A DNA stretch of 64,000 nt, taken from positions 24,051 through 88,050 of IMG/VR virus record IMGVR_UViG_3300029319_000016, one strand, 5' to 3'. Below the pieces are notes generated by a model. That model was not told the origin of the DNA. It searched no databases and saw nothing but the letters and a program-made list of their open reading frames with translations. Of this stretch, positions 30,001 through 38,700 are shown one piece after another. Position numbers and translations under genes: made by a program. Within the stretch, counting starts at the first letter, position 1. The number at the start of each line of letters is the position of its first letter. The stretch is from a virus.

Positions 30001-32088
30001 TTTCCCAAATTCTAATTTTCTAGGAAAAATGAAACCACCTTCCATAGAGAAAGCAGAAAATCTTTCATTTTTTATTGTCTCGCCTGAACCGGAAATAAAT
30101 GTAAAAGAATTGGCACTTGAAGAAGTTTGGATTACTCTTCCATAAGTTCTATTTTTTTTGTTAAAGTTCAAAACTTTTGTTTTTACTGATGAGTCTTTGT
30201 ATCTATCTTTTAGATAATGAGTACCATAGTCAGTATAAACATTTAATTTTATTAGTTCGTCATCAACCCCATAACATCTTAAAAGGTTTCTAAAAGACTT
30301 TTCCGTTCCTTTTGTTTTGTAAATGTATTCTAAATTATTATAAATGTTATTATAAATTAATCTCTTTGTTTTTTCTATGTTTTGTTCAAAATGTTCACCA
30401 GTTTTAGATCTATCCCAAAAATATTCTAAAACATCTCCCTCTATAAACGAATTGGGTGTTATCAAACCTTGGTCATTTAACAAGCGATCAACAAAAAAGT
30501 AAGGTTCAGCAGAAGCTGTGTAATAATTTTTGTCCTTTAATTTTGGTAGCTCTCCTATTTGCACATAAAGAGTATCAAGATAGGATGAAAGTATTTGATG
30601 CAAATATTTTATGTTACTATTTTGCTCATCTTCTTCTCTCAACCATGATGGCACTGCATTATATAAGTTAGAACTATTGCTTTTATCATAAATAGAACCA
30701 CTTCTAGCCATTTCGGTGACCAAGGACTTTACAGATGGATGATCAGACCTAATGATTGGGTCACCAGGCTCTTTCTGTGTAAATGCTGTGCCTGTCGATC
30801 TAGAATAAGTATCATAACCAACCCATCTACCATTCGATACTCTTCCTGAGTAATCTAAAACTACTGAATCGTAGGAAGAAGATCCGACGATACCTTCGTT
30901 AAATTTATAATATACACCTAGGTCTGTTCTGAAATCATCAGAATTTGATCCACCACCCACTGGATAATACCAAGTGTTGTAGATATATTCATCTGTTAAG
31001 TCTTTTTTCCAATACCTAAAATCATCTAAAGAAGCAGAAAGTTTTCCAGCTCCAAGCATGTTAGCAGCCGCATAAGTACTACCAGACGGACTTGTAGATA
31101 AAGCGCCGATGTAGCCGTCTATTTTTCCTGGTATCTCCTCTATGTTGGTTGCTGTGTCAAAAACAGAAGCACTGTTCAACAATCCATTTTGGAAATATCT
31201 AACAAAAAGTTTTTGTTGTTTGGATTTAATCGTAACTGTATGGTGTGTCCAAGTATTGTTTGCTAGTGAAGCAGCATTATAGGTAGACAAGCAAATTGGT
31301 TGATTAACTATACCTTTTGATCCAGATTGTAGGGTTAAGTACATGACTGAATTTGGTGTTGAATTACTTAATCCACCAGATAGTTCTAAGGTTAATCTTC
31401 CATAATTATGGACTATAGCAGTAGAATCAACACCTGCTGGAACCGTATTGCCATTCCACAGATCTAGAATTACTTCTTTGTCTGTTTCAGTGGTACCGAA
31501 AGATTGTTTTTTCATCCAAAACTGTATTGTGATACCATTTAAAGGATTTATTCTATAATTTATAGTTCTATTTTTATTTGGATCATAAACAGTACCTTTA
31601 TCAAAAGCTTTTGATAAGGCAAGTGTGCCAATTCCTTGAGAAGATGTGTGTTGTTCTACAGAAGCTGTGTGTAGTCCACCAGCTGTATAAATGTATTCTT
31701 TGGATGAAGGAATACCATATTGGCCGACTGTAGTGCCAGATCCCCATCCATTAGCTGAAAATAAAGCATAACCTGTTGATTTTGGATATTTGTTATCCAA
31801 TAACCATTGATCTAAGTAGGTTGAGTTGTTTTTAAATTGTAGTTTCTCAGCTTCGGAACCATCGTATGGGTAAGAAGAATAGATTCTTTCTATAGAAGAT
31901 CTATAATATTCCTCAGCTGAACCGAAGTGGACAAACGATTCTGGGTCGGAAAAATCTAAATTTGGATAAAAAGTTTTGTTTCTTTTTACAACTTCTTTTA
32001 CCAACTCAGGTGATTCTACACTTTTGGTTAATTCTGTTACTGAGTTTTGTAATACATTTTTTTTATTAAAATAATCTCTAATAGACAT
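24079..32088 (-). CDS. Giant multi-LamG structural (baseplate wedge/fibre-like) protein
   Basis: 2669 aa with at least three LamG-like repeats (ITIQFWMKK/LDDFRYW; FSISWWMK/WVHYVAVF; FSYWVNF/WYHIAFFY/IYING). YIYKTKGTEKSFRNLLRCYG resembles baseplate-wedge KGT motifs. Confidence 0.75.
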   Translation of the reverse strand: MSIRDYFNKKNVLQNSVTELTKSVESPELVKEVVKRNKTFYPNLDFSDPESFVHFGSAEEYYRSSIERIYSSYPYDGSEAEKLQFKNNSTYLDQWLLDNKYPKSTGYALFSANGWGSGTTVGQYGIPSSKEYIYTAGGLHTASVEQHTSSQGIGTLALSKAFDKGTVYDPNKNRTINYRINPLNGITIQFWMKKQSFGTTETDKEVILDLWNGNTVPAGVDSTAIVHNYGRLTLELSGGLSNSTPNSVMYLTLQSGSKGIVNQPICLSTYNAASLANNTWTHHTVTIKSKQQKLFVRYFQNGLLNSASVFDTATNIEEIPGKIDGYIGALSTSPSGSTYAAANMLGAGKLSASLDDFRYWKKDLTDEYIYNTWYYPVGGGSNSDDFRTDLGVYYKFNEGIVGSSSYDSVVLDYSGRVSNGRWVGYDTYSRSTGTAFTQKEPGDPIIRSDHPSVKSLVTEMARSGSIYDKSNSSNLYNAVPSWLREEDEQNSNIKYLHQILSSYLDTLYVQIGELPKLKDKNYYTASAEPYFFVDRLLNDQGLITPNSFIEGDVLEYFWDRSKTGEHFEQNIEKTKRLIYNNIYNNLEYIYKTKGTEKSFRNLLRCYGVDDELIKLNVYTDYGTHYLKDRYKDSSVKTKVLNFNKKNRTYGRVIQTSSSANSFTFISGSGETIKNERFSAFSMEGGFIFPRKLEFGKSGFYTLQSVSASLFGFHQANSDDSSDYSWHSNDVANLQVFAVKDHVESPNVKFVIKNYDNSIYAETGLYEDVYNDERWNLQMSIKPQGYPTIGVLQSSQPKYTARLYGVTHAFGNVKHEFEITASANFTTGSAILCNSKRFYLGAHAQNNTGSVIDETDVIVDSLRVWMDELNNESIKAHNLDAFNYGHDKIYSNTTNFNYGISSSVEIPGYDSLILHWNFDKNSSANSLGEFTVQDFSSGSAGVEIISKATGIIEVVDVGGGLAKHASLPTTDGFTITDSDGNAIEYFFDNTGTKGASGTVTSDGVVVQINGITQAVLIASQIAIAIESSNGHGTNGTNTIKVLQRNPPNKNFIDLIHIKKGSQGNIAITPGSLPSDTIVFSGLTGGRKTVKVVGNKYGWVSNIIERENLGRALGFPSNDTNPVKLDFIYSRRKELPEISFTNDRISIFDNEMEYFLEDEDTTDNIFALEKSMYQSISDEMLRTFSSMKELANLFAKPVDYYRMEYKKLRTARGLFFERVTGNPDLDRYTDYFKWIDSSLSFFIEQLKPASVTFTKNVSNVVESHIFERPKYDRKFPTVNKVQATVGTIQSIGPLTYNWKVGHSPEYKNGSENDHSLWQKERSERLGPLASEIQTVQEVVTTETVTYNKYLLNNDGGIYLKPTYTLRRFSRPYKLSFDVQSTIHSGINYNQNKNRDFVYDVLRPHGSKTNLGVPVNVAVVGVGPGQGIVNTNISNDVLDPNQVDEYNFVITVGKDSSNDGNAPSTASLDYIYKVKGHYAAPFNLISGSEPRGANKKVFDNYSASVVLTNLHSDTTYLQNDIPLQGPFAETWVGGHQSRHVPVNRHDTNLKTEGGAATLNNLDDQYSRPEAYRILFGEHPDESVKDGALGLVGPDYGGPYPDPSRQWAIYYRGFRAKRPYNIQNISGSERVQGNYKEKYEYFNTVGRLENNNRLKKAASDANYQISGNFLPTDISTTLPVTTHPLTLIGSNTSDFGNYFGSGITSRAMPKRISYPRFTIATASSLTDNHYLNLTLSVGNVFGQVVHPLADQVGGYQKTLWLDTDGNPKTQDFNKLFNLYTYRKTFRSPNTFTADATGSLSGLNTDNFSISWWMKTPVNELSNTAHIGFKDDGDTWRHQIFLDNDIQIYFENSANAKDETIFDTNNGSVSGSQWVHYVAVFEVDDLSSATKVPRLYQNGHPVTSSGTTYSPVGGTTPQINEFIIRNDDKITLQDIVIWKTLLTGSGEIAELYNNGNWKDPSTHSKASTILSWWKYGDESYWDTYHYGYEVSGGLHNHHNNRDKFLSSSFGTHNNTLRIPYDQDHRFYFTKGLGYLTNTEIWDQAQRKLEHQFKDFEFPYVSGSERAIFTIKPRKDYHSTTARISISASNHVNPSFTVLSNTTAIEGPLNLVQRESDFLTGSQRNKTVIASRFSAPGGPEVQSYGYLDAYAREYSVHNSLNYRNLSIRGSGSGESGTIRANSQINTRDGLRALYQRPMGRSGTDGVYGLPDQSDYAYSASFHKIPRNTLVRPIATTDNDTFQRKVFRFHPTDPAETYSAIQVSTYNDYWGNIDAVRKTTKARNEGWVGFSYWVNFDKLQSYTTSTHEIYPFYFGVNNSMVTTGLYIQRTTYPKVGYSMGIQVNRRDIDVMNINLKNFLGANDPDAIPQGDAPIQFNKWYHIAFFYRKELNAEPIIYINGVSSKDVVKPYTWRYDSSTENGKFTDNGGYTGGGSYPNISYATWGGNLSGISDADADTTESEFSGMIADTLIWWDLPEPSTIEYLYKNPNADVLSINESYKIQAYFTLGENIYKEPNPLNPGTFVSNFDSPGNFYKTGSIQGYSFGAGKEVEYAKVWNVDADYANRARISARDSIYDITGSTQPQRLQLVTAELPRHQPGSIIGEKNNNYNYNSVLPASDYNYSWVTSSLGNNYSVRSGVQKMFGYWPKDGLNKINDKIESAITFPSSSEIYATYGE

Positions 32089-33508
32089 CGCTTCTCACTT
32101 TAAAGTTGAATTTATAAGATTGCTCGTTCCATGATCCAACCCCATCGTCATAAAATGCAAATTTTATGGTATACATTTGATCTGCTTCAAATAGCGACAT
32201 GTCTAGATCAAAGTAGTTACCAGAAACGTTATAAGATAACATAGTGTGGTTATCAGATCCGGTTCCAAAAGGTATTACTGGGAAATTATCAGATGCTCTG
32301 CATACTTCGTATGAAGCACTAGAAATAGTAGTTGTTTCTGGTGTATTTTTAGCTACTGTATAAATATTTGGTGACCAATTTCTAGGACGAGCATATAGTT
32401 TAAATCTAGCAGTTTCGTTTGTTCCATAATACTCTCTTAAATTAGAAATGTTGAGAACATAACGGTCTGATGGGTTGTAAATTCCAGTAGAAAAGGTGTT
32501 AACTGTTATCGAACCTGTTCGATATTCAACTCCTCCGGAGTGCCAAACGTCTACAAGCGATGTACTTGTTGTTGATGCGGTAACTTGACATTTATAAATT
32601 CCTGTTTTTACATGAGAACCAGTAAAATTGTGACCAACTTTTGAACCACCGGCAGAATCGTATAGAGTAACAAGAATAGGGTTTGTGCCAACAGCAGGTA
32701 TGTCTCTTAAGCGCCCTCTAATGCTATTGTACAGGTATAAAGTGTTATAGTTATCAGGACCAGGGGCAAGAGAAGAAGACGCGAAAAAATAGGCTCTATC
32801 GTCCTTTATTGAGTTGTCCCATCTAGCTTCCAAAACTGGTCTCTTTAATTTGAATTCTGAGCTTCTTGCGAAGAATTTTTTTGTATAATAAGATTTTTTC
32901 TCTGCTTCAAAAGCATCTGTTAATCTTATTCCAAAACCATAATTTTCTTTTGTACCAGCTAGCCACTCTTCTACTAAAGGTGTGACATCGACTTCCAGAT
33001 CTTCGTAACCCTCAACAAAGTTGTAATTAAACTTTGGACCAGAATGGTAAACACCACCAGTAACATTCCATTCACCCATAGAACCTCTACGAACCCAATT
33101 AGATCCAGTTAAGCCATAAGTTTTATCTGTATAGTTGACCATGTCTAAGCCATTTCCTTCTTCCCATGATTGAGACACAGCTGAAATGGTCATTGAGTAA
33201 TTTTCTGGTAATGTGGTTGCATGTCTGGCGTTGTATAACTTAAGATAAAACGAAACAGAACCAGATGCTGGTATAGTTCCAGCTGATCTTTGAGTAGAGA
33301 TCTCAGTAGTATTAAATTGTATGAGGACTCTGGCCAGTTCTGAAGACAGTCCTGCCGAAGATGAGTTTTGACCATATAGTTGAAAAACTTCAAGTATATC
33401 AGCCTCTCCCATGTTTGATCCTGTTGCTCTGTTGGAAGACAATAGAGATTGATCAAAAGCGTTGGAAATTGTATTATCTGCTGTTGCAAAGTATCTTTTT
33501 ATAGTCAT
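32078..33508 (-). CDS. DNRLRE-like domain structural protein
   Basis: ADNTIS...RVLIQFN...LKLYN...SQSWEEG...NYGFGI...RPVLEARW pattern. Confidence 0.6.
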   Translation of the reverse strand: MTIKRYFATADNTISNAFDQSLLSSNRATGSNMGEADILEVFQLYGQNSSSAGLSSELARVLIQFNTTEISTQRSAGTIPASGSVSFYLKLYNARHATTLPENYSMTISAVSQSWEEGNGLDMVNYTDKTYGLTGSNWVRRGSMGEWNVTGGVYHSGPKFNYNFVEGYEDLEVDVTPLVEEWLAGTKENYGFGIRLTDAFEAEKKSYYTKKFFARSSEFKLKRPVLEARWDNSIKDDRAYFFASSSLAPGPDNYNTLYLYNSIRGRLRDIPAVGTNPILVTLYDSAGGSKVGHNFTGSHVKTGIYKCQVTASTTSTSLVDVWHSGGVEYRTGSITVNTFSTGIYNPSDRYVLNISNLREYYGTNETARFKLYARPRNWSPNIYTVAKNTPETTTISSASYEVCRASDNFPVIPFGTGSDNHTMLSYNVSGNYFDLDMSLFEADQMYTIKFAFYDDGVGSWNEQSYKFNFKVRSDVY

Positions 33509-35313
33509 TATGTAGCTCTTCCTGTAATATCGTCATCTGGGTATTTTAATTCAAAAACAACATTTTTTGGTGCTTTATAGTAAGTTGCATCATTGCTTAA
33601 AATTTCTGCCATTACAAAAGGTATTGAAGAATAACCAGAGCCATCATTAGATGATTTGTTGTTAACCTTTACCTCAATTACATCTATCACACCTTCTGTT
33701 TTTGATAATATGTTATAAATGTCATTTATGTAAAGAGGTTCTCCAATATAAAATATTTCGGTATAATTATCCTTTAGTCTTTGAATTGCATCTGCTAGTA
33801 CCATAGTTGTATCATATCTATTGTCTGTTTTTACTGCAAAGTCAATAGAAAAATTAATTATTTTAGCATGTTTAATTTTAATTATGTCGTTTATAGAACT
33901 GTATTGTTCTAGCCATGTTTTTAGATTACTGGCTGTTATTGAGTTTGTAGGCACAAGATGTCCTAACTCGTTTTGAGAAATAACATACATTACTAACTCT
34001 TTGTTTGTTGCAAATGGGTTATTTATTATGTTAACTCTCTTCAAGGAGCCAAATTTATTTGGCATGTTATATGCAATAGCTTCGTAGTCTTGCTTTGTAA
34101 CTGCTCTGTTTTGAGTTGCGAAAAAGTTTTTAGACCTTACTTTCAACTCATCTGTTGTTACGGTAAAACTAGGAGAAGTAAAAGACTTTTCGTTACTACA
34201 TTCTAAAGATGTCTCAACTGCTTCAACTTTTGAATCAACCAAGCTTTGCCTGTTCATAAACTTAAAAATTGAATTATCAATGTTTCTTATTGTATTAACA
34301 GCAGCAGCTGGGTTAGCAGATACATTTTTCTTATATGTAACAGTTAGTATTGTTCCTTGGGGAGAAATACCAAGCTTATCAGTAGCTAGTAATTTTGTTG
34401 GATCTATTGCTCTGTGGGTAATGTGATCTTTTGCATGCAAACTTATTGCAACTTTTGAAGGATCAACAAGACCAGCATCGTCATCATCATCAGAACCAAA
34501 ACCAAATTGTAAAAAAGTACCGGAATTATCTTGAAAAACTGTAAACCTTCGAGCCGTAACAAATGGTTTCATTATGGACCTAACGCCATCTGACATTGCA
34601 CTTTGATTTGTTGTTTCGATAAATACAGTTTCTTGACTTAAATAATCTACCTCGTAAAAAATGTTTCCCTCTGAATCTTCAACTTTTATTATTTCACTTA
34701 CATTTCCATTATCAACTCTTACTTTTTTAAATTTTTCAAATGTATCACCGGTTAAATCAATTGTTGCAACATAAACCTTACCGGAACTTACCATACCAAA
34801 AGCTCGAACAGCAAAGAATGTTGTTCCACCATTTACATCAAACTCTATTGCTACTCTATCAAACTGGGGATCTGAGAAGTTAACATCTTCCAATAAGGTG
34901 TATACAGTGCCATTACTAGAAGAAAATTCTGATCCTTTTTTCAATATGGGAAAATAAAGAGAATCTGGTGTATTAACTTCAGCTGATGCTGGTATTCTTA
35001 GGTAAAAAGCCAAAATTCCTTCAGCAACTGGAATTCCTGCGAACTTATATCCTAAATTCTTAGCATGTTTTTTTACATTATTAAATTCAATAGCTGTGTC
35101 TAGAAAACTTTCATTTACAGAATAATCTAGATAGTAAGATAGGACATCCCCAACGTATGCCACAGTATCAAACATAAGAGACCCAAAGGAGGATTCTGAG
35201 AAATCATTATAATCGTCTGGATAGTATCTCTTTGCATGTTCTATTAAATCTTTTTTTATTGATTCAAAATCTCTACTAGTGTATTTTATTGGTATGTTTT
35301 TTGATTTCGGCAT
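33508..35313 (-). CDS. Baseplate wedge subunit (T4 gp6 / baseplate J-like)
   Basis: YTSRDFESIK..L, AYVGDVLSYYLD, NESFLDTA, LQFG and QNRAVTKQDYE are characteristic motifs. Confidence 0.88.
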   Translation of the reverse strand: MPKSKNIPIKYTSRDFESIKKDLIEHAKRYYPDDYNDFSESSFGSLMFDTVAYVGDVLSYYLDYSVNESFLDTAIEFNNVKKHAKNLGYKFAGIPVAEGILAFYLRIPASAEVNTPDSLYFPILKKGSEFSSSNGTVYTLLEDVNFSDPQFDRVAIEFDVNGGTTFFAVRAFGMVSSGKVYVATIDLTGDTFEKFKKVRVDNGNVSEIIKVEDSEGNIFYEVDYLSQETVFIETTNQSAMSDGVRSIMKPFVTARRFTVFQDNSGTFLQFGFGSDDDDDAGLVDPSKVAISLHAKDHITHRAIDPTKLLATDKLGISPQGTILTVTYKKNVSANPAAAVNTIRNIDNSIFKFMNRQSLVDSKVEAVETSLECSNEKSFTSPSFTVTTDELKVRSKNFFATQNRAVTKQDYEAIAYNMPNKFGSLKRVNIINNPFATNKELVMYVISQNELGHLVPTNSITASNLKTWLEQYSSINDIIKIKHAKIINFSIDFAVKTDNRYDTTMVLADAIQRLKDNYTEIFYIGEPLYINDIYNILSKTEGVIDVIEVKVNNKSSNDGSGYSSIPFVMAEILSNDATYYKAPKNVVFELKYPDDDITGRAT

Positions 35314-35332
35314 CGCATGTCCCTCTTACTAA

Positions 35333-35342
35333 ATAAATAGCA
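35333..35342 (-). promoter_or_regulatory. Putative late promoter
   Basis: TGCTATTTAT in the intergenic gap upstream of the gp6-like gene. Confidence 0.55.
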
Positions 35343-35356
35343 AAACACAAATTATT

Positions 35357-35776
35357 TTATAACTCATCAGCAGAAATGGACAATGAAAAGGTGTCTACTA
35401 TTAATGGGTTGTTAATTTTGTATTTTATTTCTACATGCAAAGAGTCTCTGGCATTGTTTATGGTTACTTTTACATTGAACTTATTTAACCAAGGCAAATA
35501 TCTACTTATTTGTTTTTTTATAACCTCTCTTAATAAAGAAACTTTTTTTGAATTAGACAATTCAAACAAATAAGTCTTTAAACCAACGCCAAAATTTTTA
35601 TCGAACCTTTCCCCAGGTATAGTTAGCAAAACAGACTTTAAATTATGATTTATAACTTTTGTCATCTCTTTTTCATTTAAAGTTTTAAATCCTGGATTAT
35701 CGCTATCTAGACTTAGTGGAATTTCAACAGTTATATCTTTTGTTATTGAATTATTAAAAAATTTATCACTTGACAT
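35357..35776 (-). CDS. Baseplate protein, gp25/GPW-like (sheath initiator)
   Basis: NLKSVLLTIPGER...FGVGLKTYLFE...I.RYLPW signature. Confidence 0.88.
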   Translation of the reverse strand: MSSDKFFNNSITKDITVEIPLSLDSDNPGFKTLNEKEMTKVINHNLKSVLLTIPGERFDKNFGVGLKTYLFELSNSKKVSLLREVIKKQISRYLPWLNKFNVKVTINNARDSLHVEIKYKINNPLIVDTFSLSISADEL

Positions 35777-35790
35777 TATTTATCTCCTTG

Positions 35791-38700
35791 TTAGAAAAAT
35801 CTTTTGAGGGGAGCTGAAGCGGCTCCAGAAATCATTTCTTCAACCACACTTTCAGAAATTTCTTCATTTATAGGAGCAGTTGCAGTGCCACCTTGATTAC
35901 TACTTTCTGATCCGCTGGATGGATCTGGGATTACTTCACACAGGTCAGGTAAAACATAAGTTGTATAAGGAGTTTGAGATCCATCTACTATATTGTAGGA
36001 AGATCTTGAAAAACCTTCTTGTTCGGGATTGTTACTATTTAAAGTATTATCAGGTGTTGATTGGTTTAAAGTTCCTAACGCACCATCGGTACAATACTGA
36101 TCGTATTTATTGAAAGGTCTTTCTCCAAATTTTATTTTTCTTCTTTGCCACCAACTTAAAGATCCAAAATCTAAATTAATATTAATGTCAGGTATGTTAA
36201 GTTTTAACCATTCCCATGAATGCTTTCTTCTATTTCCTTTTAATCTATCTAATTCTCGAGATCTATAGAAAGTACTAAAAGTATTTCTTAGTTCTTTTCG
36301 GGTATGACTCATTACTTTTTCTTTCCACTCTTCATCTTCGTCATCAACCCCCTCATACCTTTCGCCATCACCTTTTCCAACAGATCTCAAATAGCCATCA
36401 AATGCTGAAATGGAGCTTGCAGCTGTCACTCTTTTTATAGGCAAGCAAAAATCTGTTAAGAATTTGAACTCTGGTTGTTCACACATTCTATCTATGTAAC
36501 ATTTTAAATCTTCACCTACATTTTCCCACATGCTTCTGTTCATTAAGAATTCATACATCGTGTAATCAGGAAGATCTTGTTCGTAGTGAACTATTGGAAT
36601 TGGATAAAAAGCCTTCTCAGGTACAATGTTGTTTCCTGGATTTGGAATCATAATTCTATCAATTCGTTGTCTTTCTATTTCACTATATTGTTCTCTGTGT
36701 AGTACAAAATTTGAGTTAACAACATTAGAAATTATAGAGAGCCTAACTCCAAACTTTATACCTATTGTCCCAGAATAACCTCTTGGATCAGTATCATCTA
36801 ATTCTGCATTTCCAAAAAAATCTGAGATACTAGTTGTATTATTTGCAGAATAGTTTATTCCAGAGTTTCTCACTTCTTGTAGTCTTTCTTGAAACTCTTC
36901 TATAGAAATCATTTTATTGTTAATTGAGCCAAATTGAGTATTAAATGCATCACCCGTAGCAGTATCACCCATTATGCTACCTTCCAATACAACACCATCT
37001 ACCATTGTATAATTAACGTCTTTTACATCAGTAATGACATACTTTTCAACAAAAAATGCAAAAGCAGGGTTTTCATATGAGACAAGATTATTTATTATTT
37101 CACGAGACTCTGGGGTATAAAAATTTAGGTCTTGTTGGGGTTTTCCAAAGTCATTAACATCTCCATATAGTTCAGCTGGTACTCCGCTTGTAAACCTCTC
37201 CACCTCAGTATCTCCAATTTTGTTTTTAGGTCCAATTGAAATATTAGAACTTGAATTAAGAGCAAACTTATTTAGATTTGCAATCCTTGGAGCTCTTTTT
37301 GACCCAGATTCTATATCTTTCTTTTGTTGTTTTTTATGTTCTTTTAAATAAATTTCAACCTCATTCTTTATAAAATACATACTAATTTGTCTAGCTAAGG
37401 CATTGTTTCTATAAATTCTATAAACTTTATACAAAAGTTTTAATTTTGACAAACCAATAATTGACGCATTAAATTTTTTAAAATTACCATTACATGCCAC
37501 TTCTAGTGCTGATAGATAGTGCGGCCCTAAAGCAGAGAATAATACACTTTTAATTAAATTATGTAGATAAGTAACATAACTTTCTGGTAGCGATGACTCT
37601 ACATCAACATCATCCTTATACCTAACTTCTAGATTAAATGCTTTATTGCTGCCATATCTATTTCCTTCTTCATCAAATTCTAAATTGTCATACTTTGATA
37701 CATAAGTTCCCGATGTAATTCTGATTTCGGAAACTTTTCTTAACATTTGTAAGTCTGCAAAACTGGGTTGTCTAAAATTTTTTCTAACTTCAATTAATTG
37801 AGTAAAAAGTGCATCCAAATCATTATCTTTAATTATGTTTCCAAGTAAAACTTCTCTTTCTGTTGATTGAACCATTTGTTCTAATACTAAATACCAATAT
37901 TGTTCTCTATTGAACTTCATAAAAGTTAATTCATCAGGCTCTTCTTTTATAGCTTTTAGCATTAAATTGTAAACCATCCCCGGTATAAAATTATCTACAT
38001 TATCTTTAGATAGGAAAACTTTTTCAAAAACTGGTAAGCATTTTAAAAATAGTTCAATTATGTAGGTTCTTACTATTAGTTTAGTTGAAACATGTAAATA
38101 AGCAAGGTCTGATTTACTAGCAATCAAATCAAAGGGTGGTTCCACAACACAAGAAGGATCAGTATTATATCTTTTGTCTTGTTTTAGTTTGTTTTCTACT
38201 TTTCCAACTAATTCTGCCGCTTCGGACAAAAATAACATGTTTTGGTTTCTTGGTGAACAAGCGTCAATTTCTGGTACATATTTTTGAAAAACACCTAAAA
38301 TACCACCATAATTAGCTGGTTTTATGTAAATTTTTGGATCTTCAGGATCACCTCCATAGATTGTTGGATTTAAAAACACAACTCTTTCATTTTCTGTTGC
38401 TGATTTTCCCATTTGTCCAGGTGGTGGTTTTTGCCAAGTAGATCTCTTGTTTGGATTTGCATCTTCTTTAACATATAGAAGATCATCATAAGTTATAATT
38501 TCTTTTGGATCGTATCCGAAACTTCCAATACTACTGTAAGCGTCTTCAACAACGTTCTTATCATAACCAAGTGAACTTGGGTCTCCCATTTTTTCTAATG
38601 TGTCAAGTATGTTTCTATTGATTATAGGGCTTCTATAGGAAGTTATTCCTTTTGGAAAGTTCTGCATTATAAGTTGACTAAAAGCCTCATGAAAATACCC

